DNA from: Octopus vulgaris
Lineage: Eukaryota
Assembly (NCBI GenBank): GCA_951406725.2
Contig: OX597819.1
Location: 113,708,001 to 113,772,000 of the forward strand
DNA length: 64,000 nucleotides
Reading direction: 5' to 3'
Under the pieces are notes generated by a model. The model did not search any database, was not told the origin of the DNA, and worked only from the letters and a program-made list of their open reading frames with translations. The position numbers and the translations under genes are program-made. This document shows positions 40,401 through 53,138 of the stretch, in pieces; position 1 is the first letter of the stretch, and each line of letters opens with the position of its first letter.

Positions 40401-42399
40401 GAGGATGGTTATATATATATATATATATATATAAATTACATCTCTATGTTTGAGTTCTAATTCGTCTCAGGGTGTCTTTGTCTCCTGGAGTTGATAAAAT
40501 ACATACCAGTCAAATAATACTTGATATTGTCTTAACCACTCCTGTGTAATTTATGCATTAATTTATCCATAAGATAGAAATCATACATTATAAATGAACA
40601 GCTAAGTGTTTTGTTTTGTTTTTTGTATAAACAGTTGTTACTTCATTATTTATTCATATTATTGAAGTTAATTCTTGGTTACGCATCAAATCAAGATGTA
40701 ATATCTTGTGTTATGTAATAATTGGATAGATATTACTGTATTCAAAGCTTAGTTAAATTGGTAATGAATTCTGGTGAAACAATTGAAGTTTTGTGTAATT
40801 GCCAGAAGCTCAGGCTTTGTGTAATAGCTAGAATGTTCACCTGCTAAGTAAAAGGTTTTTGTGGTTGATTCCCATTGGAGATTTAATGCTGTATTTGATC
40901 ACATTACAAATCTATAATTGCTTAATATAGCAAAAATGTGGAAGGAAAAAGCAGGGCAGAACTAAAGAAATTTTGTTATGTATCTTGTTTTAATTCTATA
41001 TTCTGCTTTTCTGTTTATTTATACATATTTTCATCATCATCATCATCATTTAGCATCCCTTTTCGATGTTAGCATGGGTAAGACGGTTTAAGTAGAGCTG
41101 GTAAGCCAGAGAGCTACACCAGGCTCCGGTCTATTTTGGTTTCTACAGCTGAATGCCCTTCCTAGTGCCAACCACTCCACAGAGTGTACTGAGTGCTTTT
41201 AAGTGCCACTGGCATAAATGCCTCTAACATTTCACCAACACAAGTACCTTTTACATGTCACCGGTGCTGGCCATCACTACAATTTCACTTAGTTTGACAT
41301 GTCTTCTCGAGCACAGCAAATTGTCAACGGTCTTGGTCACTTGTCATTGCCTCTGTGAGACTCAACATCCAAAGATGATACTTCACCATTTTGTCCCACG
41401 TCTTCCTGGGTCTACCTCTTCCACAGGTTCCCTTCACGGTCAGAATTCATATAAGCGTATTTTTTACAAACCCACATAGTCTATATCAAATTCTAATAAC
41501 TCCACATGTAATATGTGTGAAACAAGTCTTGTACAAACCACATAGACCTCAAATGATCTCTAACAGAATCTTATACTTGTACAAGTTATGTCAGAAAATT
41601 TCGAAACAAACCCCCATAAATAGAGACCTGACAGATTCAGTTGTTGTGTGTCGAGTAGACATGTTCTAAGACTACAGTTCGTGTACATCACAGTCTGATC
41701 CCAGACAAACATAAAGGCTATATTAGAGATAAGATCCAAACTAAATTGAGACATTATAGTCAAAGCAAATCCAACAAAAGTCCAATATTTGTATTTGTGG
41801 CACAGATTTGTTTTGAGTCTTGATGTCATGTTAGACATTCGTAGATCCTATACAAATCTCTGTTAGGTCAGATCTGATAGCTGCAAAGGTTGTGTGTCAG
41901 ACAGACTCATCATGAAACCCAGTAGGGGGTCTGTACATGACTGTTCAATATCCTAGAAATAGCAGCCAAATCTCCTTCAGAGCTTAACGGTCTTAAAATG
42001 GGAAGAAGGCATATATCGTCAGAATATTGTAATCCAGGATACTTTGTACCCCCCCAAAAAATACAAAATAGTTATAGATTGAACACCTTTGATGATAAAT
42101 CAGTTTAATGATGGATGAACTGAGGTTACACAACAACCCATGGATTATGCACAACAGAATATTTAACACAAATTTCATTGTTAAGTTAGAGGCAGAACAG
42201 ACACAAATCCAGCAGATAAATCAAAAGTTCATGCATGACTCCATGATTTAGAAGTTTTCTGTGTAAATATTTGGTTTTGAGTCTGATTCCACTACTCAAC
42301 ATTTTGAGTAAGTGTCTTTCTGCCATAACCTTTGGTTATTCAAAGCTTTGTGAGTTGAATTTGCTAATTGGAAACTGAATAGGAGCTTGTCAGAGAGAC

Positions 42400-43890
42400 T
42401 GTTCTTGTTTTCATGTGGTAGACTTAATATGTATGTGGGTGATTTAGTTTCTGATTCTGCCACCAGGAGACACATGTGTCACTTTGTATACTACCCTGTG
42501 TGAGAAACACGTGCCCATTATTACTAGCTCAATGGTTGCACAGTCTGTCACTATTATCATTGATTGTTTCAAAATTGTGTCTATCCATGATCATCCCTCT
42601 ATTTTTGCTGTCATCACCTACTTTTGCATTGAGGTCCCCATTACAATAACAATGTCGTGCCTGTTGCTCTTGTCAATTGACGTCTGCAACTGGTGATAGA
42701 AGTCGTCTTTGATGTCATCTACAGCTTTGTTAGTTGGTGTGTAGGTCTGGATAGCTGTAATTTTCTTTGCACATGAATAGAATCTAGCACTGATCACCCT
42801 ACTTGTTACTGGTGTCCATTTCATGAGACTTTTAATTTCTTCTTTGTTTGTCATTAGTGTCACTCATCATCATTATCATCATCATTTAGCATTTGCTTTC
42901 CATGCTGGCATGGGTTAGATGATTTGACTGAGACTAGTAAGCTGAGGAGCTGCACCAGGTTCCAGTCTGATTTGGCATGGTTTCTATAGCTGGATGCCCT
43001 TCCTAACACCAACCACTCCAAGAGTGTAATTGCTGCTGTTTACGTGCCACCGGCATAACACCAGCATCAGCCATTACAGCTTCACTTGGCTTGACAAGTC
43101 TTTTCAAGCATGGTATATTGCCAATGGTCTTGGTCACTTGTTATTACTCCACCTTGATATTCGTCATTATTTCCTGAGTAGAGACATGTAATGTTACAGT
43201 TCTATATTTAAGAGATGAGGAATTATGTACATTATTTACATTATTTACATTCAACGAATATTTGTTCTCATCTTGTTTGCTGTTAACACAACATTTTGGC
43301 TGATATACCCTCCAGCCTTCTTCGGGTGTCTTGGTGAAATATCGAACCTGGGTTCTCATTCCTAAGTATTTTTTTATGTTATTATTATTATTATTATTAT
43401 TACTGTTATTGTTCAGGTCACTGCTTGGAATCGAACTCGGAATCTTGGGGTTAGTAGCCCGCACTCTTAACCACTACACCATATGCACACGGGCATATGG
43501 TGTAGCGGTTGCGTTGCCTTCTTCCAGTACCTTTAATGGATTCACTTAGTTGTCTATGACCCATTTCAGGGCTCCTGAGACTGGTGGGAAGAAGGGATTA
43601 AGGCAGCCTCAAACCAGAGACCTGGCCAGGCTTCTGTTATTAGTATCCAAAGGCCAGGTGGTAGTGTTAAACCAGGTACCAGATTAAATCTCCCATCCAA
43701 GTAGACCACAGCAGGATTTGAATTATGAACATAAGGAAGCAGGTCAATATTGACCAAGCAACCCAACCAACAGTGTAGGCCACATTTCTGGCCAGAACAC
43801 CAATCTGAAGTAAACTTCCTCCATTCCTCTTGCCAGTCTTAGGAACCCTGAGAAGTGCCATGGGTGCTATCCTTCCTTGTTTGGCTAAAC
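42400..43890 (-). mobile_element. RTE LINE 5' part (APE endonuclease remnant 42600-42863, probable 5' region 43510-43890), interrupted by younger insertions
   Basis: ORF 42618-42863: PVTSRVISARF...ITAIQTYTPT...KDDFYHQLQ...DIVIVMG, an APE endonuclease motif. Assignment of the 5' region is inference. Confidence 0.7.
43286..43329 (-). ncRNA. Degenerate minimal hammerhead motif in a short interspersed element (about 43185-43370)
   Basis: ACAC-CCGAAGA-A-GGCUG-gaggguauau-CAGCC-AAAAUGUU-GUGU: stems I and II intact, both core boxes point-mutated. Confidence 0.5.
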
Positions 43891-46800
43891 CATTAAAAAA
43901 AAAAATCCATAAAAATATTAAAACAGTGCATGTATTTATGTATGTGTGTGCACGCATATGGTCTGTACATGTGTGTGTGCATGTATGCATGCATGTGTGT
44001 GTGTGAGTGTATGTGTGTGTGTGTGTACACATATGACTGCTGAAGTCAGTTCTTGTCATGATGGTTAATTTTGTGCACTGATTTGTAAGAATGAATACCA
44101 GTTAGACACTGAGTTAGTGGGCAGCAATATATGATGGGTCCAACAGCTGCTTATTTCTTTATTGCCTACAAGGGGCTAAACATAGAGGGGACAAACAAGG
44201 ACAGACAAAGGGATTAAGTCGATTACATCGACCCCAGTGCGTAACTGGTACTTAATTTATTGACTCCGAAAGGATGAAAGGCAAAGTCGACCTCGGTGGA
44301 ATTTGAACACAGAACATAACCGCAGACGAAATACCTATTTCTTTACTACCCACAAGGGGCTAAACACTGAGAGGACAAACAAGGACAGACAAAGGGATTA
44401 AGTCGATTATATCGACCCCAGTGTGTAACTGGTACTTAATTTATCGACCCCGAAAGGATGAAAGGCAAAGTTGACCTCGGTGGAATTTGAACTCAGAATG
44501 TAGTGGCAGACGAAATACCGCTAAGCATTTCGCCCGGCATGCTAACATTTCAGCCAGCTTGCCAACAGCTATTGTTTACCTATAAAAGTATTACACATTA
44601 TATTTATTTGTTACTGTTGTCATTCATCATTGGTTTTGTTGTCATTGTTGTTTAGTTTAGCCCTGATGAAGAAAACCTAAATCAATAGCAATTCTAGCCA
44701 TGACCACATCATCCTTTATTCAAATACTCACACCTAGACTAAAGTAATCCAATATGTCCTTTTTTTGAGACAGCTAAGGTGGTGAAACCCGAGCAAGATT
44801 TGACTACTTTTTATAAAAGGTTGTATTACTATGTAATAGGCTCCTCTGTTTGATCTGTTTTACTTGGTTACTAATGGTCACAGATAATTTGTTTTGATTG
44901 TTTTTGACATCTGTCAATAAATATGTTGGTGTTTGTATAAGCTAATGTGTTAATGGATGTTTGTACGGACTTATGGCTACACAGTGAATAGATATGAATG
45001 ACTAAGACAAAAGAAAAAAGCCTGGAGTGTTTAATATTTGCAATAAAAGCTATTGACAATATGTATCTGGTGTTCAAATGACCAGACATAATAATTATAT
45101 TGACCTGGTAGTAGTGGAAATGGAAGAATGCTGGACATTGAATCTGTTACAATATGTAATTAAATAATAAATAATAATGAAATTATTGTATACAGTGCTC
45201 AGGTGCACCACAATTAGTACCTTTCCATTCTGTTTGGTATTGGATTGCTAAAATTATTAGAGCTCTTGACAAAATACCTTTAGTTACAACCTTTTATGTT
45301 CTGAGTTTAAATCCTGCCAAGATCAATTTTGCACCCCTACCTTTTTATTTATTTATTTATTTATTTACTTTTCTTGTATCCTAGGACTCACAAGGTTGTT
45401 ACCTGGTTTCCATGGTGTATAAGAGTGTGGATGAGATCATAAGACTCCCACTGAACAACATGTTGATCCGTTGCAGGATTCAAGGCCAGCAATTTATGAT
45501 GTGAGAAAACAAGTTGATTACACCAATCACAGTATTTGACTGGTACTTTATTTTATTGACCTCAAAGGAATGAAAGGAGGTACATGGCCACGTGGTTAGA
45601 GCAGCAGACTCACAGTCAAGAGATCACAGGTTCGAATCTCATACTGGGTGATGTGTGTGTTTATGAACGAAACACCTATGCTCCACATGGCTCTGATAGA
45701 AGGTAATGGCAACCCTCTGCTGACTCTTTCACCACAACTTTCTCTCACTCTTTCCTCCAGCATCTAGCAGCTTACCTGCGATGGACCGGTGTCCCATCTA
45801 AGTGGGGAACCTATACACCAATGAAAGCAGGAAACTGGCCCTTATAAGCCAGGCATGGCTCAAGAAGGAACAAACAACAACAACAAGGGGTGAAAAGCAA
45901 AGTTGACTCCTGTGGGAGTTGAACTCAGAATATAAAGAGCCAGAAGAAATACTGCTACTTATTTTGTCTAACATGCTAACAGTTCAGCCAGCTCACTGCC
46001 TTTTCTTCTAGAGGTGATAAAATAAACTGTCAAATATTGGTGTTGATATATATTCATATAATATGTATTTGTTGTGAATGGAAGAGAAGAGTTCAAATTC
46101 TGCTTGAAATCAATACTGCATTTCATTCATTTTAGGATCAATCAAATAAAAACTGAAAAATACTCTTTGTTCTTTTTCAAACCTCCATAATATACAGAGG
46201 TGTTGCCTATCTCCAATTCCTGTAATGTTAGCCTGAGAGAGACAAATTTTCCTTGTTACTCTTTTACTACTCTTTTACTTGTTTCAGTCATTTGACTGTG
46301 GCCATGTGGGAGCACCGCCTTTAGTCAAGCAAATTGACCCCAGGACTTACTCTTTGTAAGCTTCGTACTTATTCTATCGGTCTCTTTTGCAGAACCGCTA
46401 AATCGGTTGTCAAGTGATGTTGGGGGGACAAACACAGAGACACAAACATAGACACACACACATACACATATATATATATACATATATACGATGGGCTTCT
46501 TTCAGTTTCCGACTACCAAATCCACTCACAAAGCTTTGGTCGGCCTGAAGCTATAGTAGAAGACACTTGCCCAAGGTGCCACATGGTGGGAATGAACCTG
46601 GAACCATGTGGTTGGTAAGCAAGCTACTTACCACACAACCACTCCTGCACCTCTGTTAGGAATTTTCCTTGTTGATGTGTCACATGTAACTTATTTTACA
46701 AGACAATGAATTGATCTATGAGATGTTGATGGTATTGTCACTGTTTAAAGTATCCTGTCAGAGCAAAAAATATTGAGTTAGAGATAGATGGACACAAACA

Positions 46801-47826
46801 GTCAGATCTCAGTCTCTTGTCTCATACTATCTGTTACTTACAAAAACATTTCTCTCACATCACTCTACAATTATGTTGCAGGAGCTTTGCAAAACACATC
46901 TATTTCACAATTTAATGATGATCAACTTGGATACATAATTTGTCTTAATGAAAATGTAGACTTTGCCATGGATAGTATGTATTTATCATCATCAATAGCT
47001 GCAGGAGTGGCTGTGTGGTAAGTAGCTTGCTTACCAACCACATGGTTCTGGGTTCAGTCCCACTGCGTGGCACCTTGGGCAAGTGTCTTCTACTATAGCC
47101 TCTGGCTGACCAAAGCCTTATGAGTGGATTTGGTGGACAGAAACTGAAAGAAGCCCATTGCATATGTGTGTGTGTGTGTGTGTGTGTATGTATATGTTTG
47201 TGTGTCTGTGTTTGTCCCCCCAACATCGCTTGACAACTGATGCTGGTGTGTTTCCGTCCCCGTAACTTAGCAGTTCAGCAAAAGGGACCGATAGAATAAG
47301 TACTAGGCTTACAAAGATTTAGTCTTGGGGTCGATTTGCTCGGCTAAAAGGCGGTGCTCCAGCATGGCCGCTGTCAAATGACTGAAACGAGTAAAAGAAT
47401 GAAAGAATAAAAGAATCATCCTTTCACGCTCATTTCCCATCCTGATATATATAATATCTATGTAGTGTAGGTCAGTTACTACAGTATTTCTCCTGAGAAA
47501 ATGTCTTTTATGGGCTTGCAGTGTTAAAAACACAATATTATAGGGTTGTTAGCTCAGGACAAATTCTACACTAACTGACTTATTAACAGTGTGTATACAT
47601 TTTGTATGATACATAGATGGTTATTTTAATTAAATACTACCTCAGTTGCAAACACTGGACGGACACACACACACACATCATACACACACATGATGACAAA
47701 TAAAGAATGGAGCAAGGAAATCATTTTACTACTTCAATTTACAGTTGTTTTATCTTAGTTAAATGCAATCTATCTTCCAACATTATACAATAATTTATGC
47801 AGCTTTTGATTACTTTCCATGTGCTA

Positions 47827-48174
47827 TTTATGGCAATCTTAATAACACATGCTGAATAAGATTCTTCAGAAATGTGGGCAAAATAGTATGCTGAGAGACC
47901 TCAAAACACACCAAATACATACATACAGAGTTGGGCTTGTCAATATGAGCACATTTACATACCATAAACAAATGAGTGTAAGAAACGGAATTAAGTATTT
48001 TCCTGGACCAATTCAATTCCTTACACACATTTGTTTGCGTTATGCAAACGTGTTCATGTGAACATACCCAACTCAGTGTGAATATAATTGGTGCTTTCTA
48101 AGGTCTCTCAGCATACTCTTTTGTATATACTACTGAAGAATCTTTTATTAAGGTTACCCTGAACAGCCCATAAA
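47827..48174. repeat. Long imperfect inverted repeat (about 140-bp arms, 17-nt loop)
   Basis: 47855-47992 aligns almost without gaps to the reverse complement of 48010-48149, e.g. agtatgctgagagacct / aggtctctcagcatact. Confidence 0.9.
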
Positions 48175-48457
48175 GTGTTATCAATAGTTGCATAAATTAT
48201 TATATAATGCTGCAAGATTGATTGCATTGCAAATTGAAGTGGTGAAATGATTTGCTCACTCCATTCTTTATTTGTCATTATAAAATCTCTATAGATATCT
48301 ATGGAGTTTTAGATATCTGTTTGGTAATACAATTGATTTCCAGTTCACAGTTTGGGCTGATGGCCTGTATCCATGGATGAGCTTAATATGGTAAACACCA
48401 AGGTGATATATCCCCAATAAAATTATATATATGAATACTTACGCGAACACACACACA

Positions 48458-48493
<36 letters not shown>

Positions 48494-49131
48494 CAAGTTG
48501 TAAAAACCTATCAAAGTTTGAAAAGCTGAAAATGAAACATAAACAACAAAAAGAAAGAAACATCTATAAGAGAATCGATTTTCAATAAGTTGTTTGATTT
48601 ATTTAAATTTCAATTTCCAGTAGAAGTGATATAAATGGAATTTAGTATTTTCTGAACATATAGGATTTAAAACATTCTCTGCAGATTAACAGGGTTTCAT
48701 ATCCTGTTTCTTGTTTCCCTTAAACCTAGAAAATACTATCTACCCACTTATAGCACTGGTACTGGAAATCATTTTCTAGTAGCATGTCCCACCCCACTCC
48801 ACGTTCTTCTGAGCCTCATCCCACCCCAGTCGACAATCAATTTCTTGATTTAACTTCATTTTTGTTAATCCCTACAAATTAACTTTTTCCACCCTCATAT
48901 CTAGATAATTCTATAATCCCCACTTATACCAGTGGTATGAGCATATCTTTTAGTGCTTCCCTGCTCCTTCTCCATTAATAATCAGTTCCCCAATTTATTC
49001 AAGATCTTGCTCCATTTCACTGTATTTTTTTCCAAGTAACTCTGTTATCCCCAATTATACCACTGTTGTAACACATAGGATATCTTTTACAATACTTCAT
49101 TATTCTCAACACTTACAAAAGAACCCCACTA

Positions 49132-49895
49132 TCATCATCATCATCATCATCATCATCATCGCCGTCATCGTTTAACGTCCGTTTTCCATGCTAGCATGGG
49201 TTGGGCTGTTTGACCAGGGTCTAGGGAGCCAGGAGGCTGCATCAGGCTCCAGTCTGATCTGGCAGTGTTTCTACATCTGGATGCCCTTCCTAATGCCAAC
49301 CACTCCGTGAGTGTAGTGGGTGCTTTTTACGTGCCACCGGCACAGGGGTCAGAAGAGGCTGGCAATGGCCATGATTGTTTGGTGCCTTTTATGTGCCACC
49401 GGCACGGAAGCCAGTCAAGGCGGCGCTGGCATCAGCCACGTTCAGATGGTGCTTTTTACATGCCACCGGCACGGGTATCACAACTACAATCCCATTTGAT
49501 TTTTATTTTGATGTTGATGTACTTAACTTAGTAGGTCTCCTCAAGCACAGCAAGTCACCCCACGATCCAAGGTAAGCACCGCAGGCCATCTTGCGATCCA
49601 ATGTACTTTGAATGGGCTGGGGCTGGTTGTGTGAAGCTGGTGTAGGATACAGCCATGAACTCACTTTATTTGTCAGGTCTTCGCAGTCACAGCATATCTC
49701 CAGAGGTTTCGGTCTTTTGTCATTGCCTCTGTGAGGCCCAACATTCATCCCATGTCTTCTTGGGTCACCCTCTACTCCGGATTCCTTCAACTGTTTGGGA
49801 GTGGCACTTCTTCACACATCTCTCCTCATCCATCCGTAGTACATGACCATACCAGTGCAAACATCTCTCTTGCACGCCACATCCAATGCTTCTTA
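49132..49895 (-). mobile_element. RTE LINE 3' fragment. The same 3' end recurs at about 2020-2231, 7837-8243, 10895-11085, 19140-19353, 24160-24480, 41033-41440, 42865-43155, 57153-57233 and 62510-62985
   Basis: (CAT)n + cgtttaacgtccgttttccatgctagcatgggttgg... joined to sequence shared with 63480-63750. Confidence 0.85.
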
Positions 49896-49907
49896 TATAT
49901 AATTATG

Positions 49908-49946
<39 letters not shown>

Positions 49947-49949
49947 GGA

Positions 49950-50250
49950 GAGTAGCTGTTATCCCAGTAGTTGTAGGGGCACACAGAAAACTAGCAACCA
50001 AATTTGAGAAAAAATGTCGGAGAGATTGTAATTGACATGAAGGCAGAGCAGGCCAAAAAAACTGATCTATTAGGGACAGCTAGGACTTTGAGATTGGTGA
50101 CTGAGTGTCGAGTGTCTTCCATGATACTTAACATCCAAGTACCAAGTCTTATAATTGGTGGAGAGAAATCCTGTGAGACCTCAGATAACAGGTTGCTGCC
50201 CACCCTCACAGAATCAACTAGAGCAAGTAAGACAAAGAGAGAGCTCTGAG
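49950..50250 (+). mobile_element. R4/Dong-like RLE retrotransposon C-terminal fragment
   Basis: IPVVVGA ... KKTDLLGTARTLRLV, like the R4/Dong VPVVVGALG...QK.ALLGTARILR.VL terminus. Confidence 0.7.
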
Positions 50251-50535
50251 AAGTAAAATATAGTAGTAGTAGTAGTAGTAGTAAAAATAAATAAAAATAA
50301 ATGCGCCCTTTTAAAGCCTAGCCTTTTAAAGCCTAGCCAGGCTCATGGGCCTGGTTTCTCGGTTTCTATGGCGTATGTGTTCCCCAGCTGGACAGGACGC
50401 CAGTCCATCACAGCGTTACTCATTTTTGCCAGCTCAGTGGACTGGAGCAACGTGAAATGAAGTGTTTTGCTCAAGAACCACAATCTTACGATCATGATGC
50501 TGACACCCTAACCACTAATCCACGCGCCTCCATAC

Positions 50536-50569
<34 letters not shown>

Positions 50570-50633
50570 AATTATAATAACCTAATTAACAATTATTATT
50601 ACTGCTAAAAAAAAAGTTATTTATAATCCATAA

Positions 50634-50639
50634 TTTATT
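50634..50639 (-). terminator. Candidate polyadenylation signal of the Stum-like gene
   Basis: AATAAA on the minus strand about 90 nt after the stop codon. Hexamer is common in AT-rich DNA. Confidence 0.35.
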
Positions 50640-50725
50640 CTAAATCCTATTATTCTTCACTGTATATCTTCATCAAAGACAATTCTATTCTATATTTTTA
50701 TCCCTTCATATTGCACAGGTGTCTT

Positions 50726-50865
50726 TCAGTACTTCACTAAAGAATTTCCATTTGTTTTGTTCTTTGTATAGACCTTTGTATTAGGCTTATCACCAATGAT
50801 ATGTAGCTCTGATTTCATCTTTTCTTTCTTCTGTTGCTGTTTCTTCATCCGTTTATGATTCTCAA
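50726..50865 (-). CDS. stum: Probable terminal exon of the Stum-like gene: (I)ENHKRMKKQQQKKEKMKSELHIIGDKPNTKVYTKNKTNGNSLVKY*
   Basis: Long minus-strand pyrimidine tract + ttcAG; phase 1 matches the upstream donor; ends in TGA; AATAAA (minus) at 50634-50639. Confidence 0.7.
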
Positions 50866-50974
50866 CTGAATAATTAAAAAGAAGCAAAAAAGAAAAAAGA
50901 ATGATAATGAACATAAAATGAAATAAACAACAACAAAAAACAAAGATGAATTTGTTGGTTAAATTAATCCTCCT

Positions 50975-51445
50975 CCTGTCTGTCTGGATGACTGGCTTTT
51001 TATCTGTCTGTCCATATTTCTTCTCATCTAACTGTTAACAATTTGTCCATCTGTTTCTGTTCATCTGTCCATTTGTCCACCTGTTGGTCTATCTGTCTCT
51101 GCAGTTGTATAATAATTTACCTGTCTGTCTATTTGACTTTGTCCAGCTGTCCATTTGTTTGTCTCTCTGCCAGCTGGTCTATCTGTCCACCTGTTTGTCT
51201 ATCTGTCCGTCTATCTCTATTCTTGTCTATGTGTTCAACAACTTATCTGTCTATTTATTCCCATATCTGTCTCTCTATTCATCTGTCACAGTCTTTCCCC
51301 CTGTCTATTTCCCTCTCCATCTGTCTGTTTGTCAATTTTGCTTGTCCATCTATTTGTCTGTCTTTCCATCTGTCTATCTTTTCATCAGTCTATTCAATTG
51401 TCTGTCTCACAATTAATCTTGTCTATTGGTTTCTCTCTGTCTATA
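50975..51445 (+). repeat. Degenerate (TCTG/TCTA/TCCA)n tract
   Basis: Tetranucleotide periodicity over about 470 bp. Confidence 0.85.
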
Positions 51446-51724
51446 AGGGTCTCACATATGTAATATAGTGATTAAAACAAACTTTCAACAATGAAATTAC
51501 CCAAGCAATTAATAGCAAAAATCTCCCTCTAAGAGTGCTTAGACTATGAAAATGAGCAAGGAGATCATCCTGACAAGACTATCGATTGAAATTTTTTAGA
51601 CAATTATAGACAATATTCATTGAGAGTGACATTGGTCTTTACAGTGAGTTGATGACAGTAACTGACATGTTTCAGTATTATCAGACCTCCTCAGCAAAAT
51701 ATACCATACTCAGGTGGCAAAATT

Positions 51725-51985
51725 AAGGGTGATTAATTTGTCTTTTATTTTTTAACTGGTACATTCCACCAGGATTCCTTTTTTTTTTATGAGTGGCTAT
51801 GACTTCTACCATATTGTGGGTTTTTATTTCTTTGTCCTCGGGATTATCCTTTTGACAGATTTCATTATAGAGTGACCTAGCTACAACATCATGTCTCATT
51901 GGAAGGTAATACCGTGATGACATTTTCAGACAACTGCTTATGCTGTGCATGATGTCTTCAGTACAAACTCCACAAAGTCTACATT
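51725..51985 (-). mobile_element. Restriction-like-endonuclease (R4/Dong-like) non-LTR retrotransposon fragment
   Basis: CRLC....EDIMHSISSC......Y..RHDVVA: CCHC knuckle plus RHD motif. Confidence 0.8.
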
Positions 51986-52169
51986 GGTATGCATATATAT
52001 ATATATGTATGTATGCATATATGAATTCATGCATGTGTGTATGTGTGTGTGTGCATGCGTATGTGTATGTATGTATGCGTGTGTGTGTATGTGTATGTAT
52101 GTATGTATGTATGTATGTATATATGTGGCGTTTCATGTTCTTGTCCATGTCTGTAATTATATTTTTACT

Positions 52170-52216
<47 letters not shown>

Positions 52217-52218
52217 GT

Positions 52219-52600
52219 GGAGGCGCAATGGCCCAGTGGTTAGGGCAGCGGACTCGCGGTCATAGGGTTGCGGTTTCGATTCCCAGACCGGGCGTTGTGA
52301 GTGTTTATTGAGCGAAAACACCTAAAGCTCCACGAGGCTCCGGCAGGGGATGGTGGTGATCCCTGCTGTACTCTTTCACCACAACTTTCTCTCACTCTTA
52401 CTACCTGTTTCTGTTGTACCTGTATTTCAAGGGGCCGGCCTTGTCACTCACTGTGTCACGCTGAATATCCCCGAGAACTACGTTAAGGGTACACGTGTCT
52501 GTGGAGTGCTCAGCCACTTACACGTTAATTTCACGAGCAGGCTGTTCTGTTGATTCGGATCAACCGGAACCCTCATCGTCGTAACCGACGGAGTGCTTCC
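52219..52600 (+). mobile_element. tRNA-derived SINE (young-looking). Related heads at about 45577, 59020, 61695 (+) and 50300-50530 (-)
   Basis: GGCGCAATGGCCCAGTGGTTAGGGC...GGTTTCGATTCCC head followed by a non-tRNA body; CpG still abundant. Confidence 0.8.
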
Positions 52601-52645
52601 ATTTTCCATATATATATATATATATAAATATTTTGAATTTTAAAA

Positions 52646-53138
52646 AAATACTTTTTCTTGAAGCCAAAACAATACAAGTTAAAAAATTGCTGTACTGGTC
52701 GATCATTAGTAATATACTGGTCGATGATTAGTACTGTTATTTGATATTTCAATAAATTAGGCTTAGAACCTCTTCTTCAGGAAATCTATGCCTTGCCTTG
52801 CCATTGTAGCCATTTGGCTGAATTCAGATCTGATATGTTATTTATTTGTGGGCTGTACTTGTTAATTAAATTGCCATTAATTAACAAGTACAGCTTGTGA
52901 ATAAACAACATATCAAGCCTACATACAGCTGATTGGCTACTATAGCAACGCAAAACAACCCTTCAAAAACACACACACACACAGAGTAGAGAAATCAGCT
53001 GCTAACACCTTTTCTCTGTAAATTTCCTGAAGAAAGGGTCCAGACTCAGAAATATTGAAATGCTAAATAATAGTACTAACCATCGACCTGTAGATTTAAA
53101 TTTTTAACTTACATTGTTTTGGCTTTAAAAAGATATTT
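52646..53138. repeat. About 490-bp foldback with a perfect 18-bp central stem
   Basis: aagccaaaacaat...cttcaggaaat mirrored by atttcctgaag...attgttttggctt; GCTGTACTTGTTAATTAA (52852-52869) pairs with 52877-52894. Confidence 0.9.
53022..53061 (+). ncRNA. Minimal hammerhead-like motif in the right arm of a foldback element
   Basis: AUUUC-CUGAAGA-AA-GGGU-CCAG-ACUC-A-GAAA-UA-UU-GAAAU: 5-bp stem I and both core boxes, but unpaired A residues flank stem II. Confidence 0.6.

Noticed and set aside
41460-41910. Weakly periodic AGAY-rich stretch
   Set aside because: Could not define a repeat unit, ORF or stable inverted structure.
43780-43895. HDV-like ribozyme at the presumed RTE 5' end
   Set aside because: Expected for RTE elements, but I could not build the nested double pseudoknot by eye; needs a descriptor search.
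52222-52295. Possible tRNA gene
   Set aside because: No proper acceptor stem; it continues into a SINE body and related heads recur elsewhere, so it is a tRNA-derived SINE.
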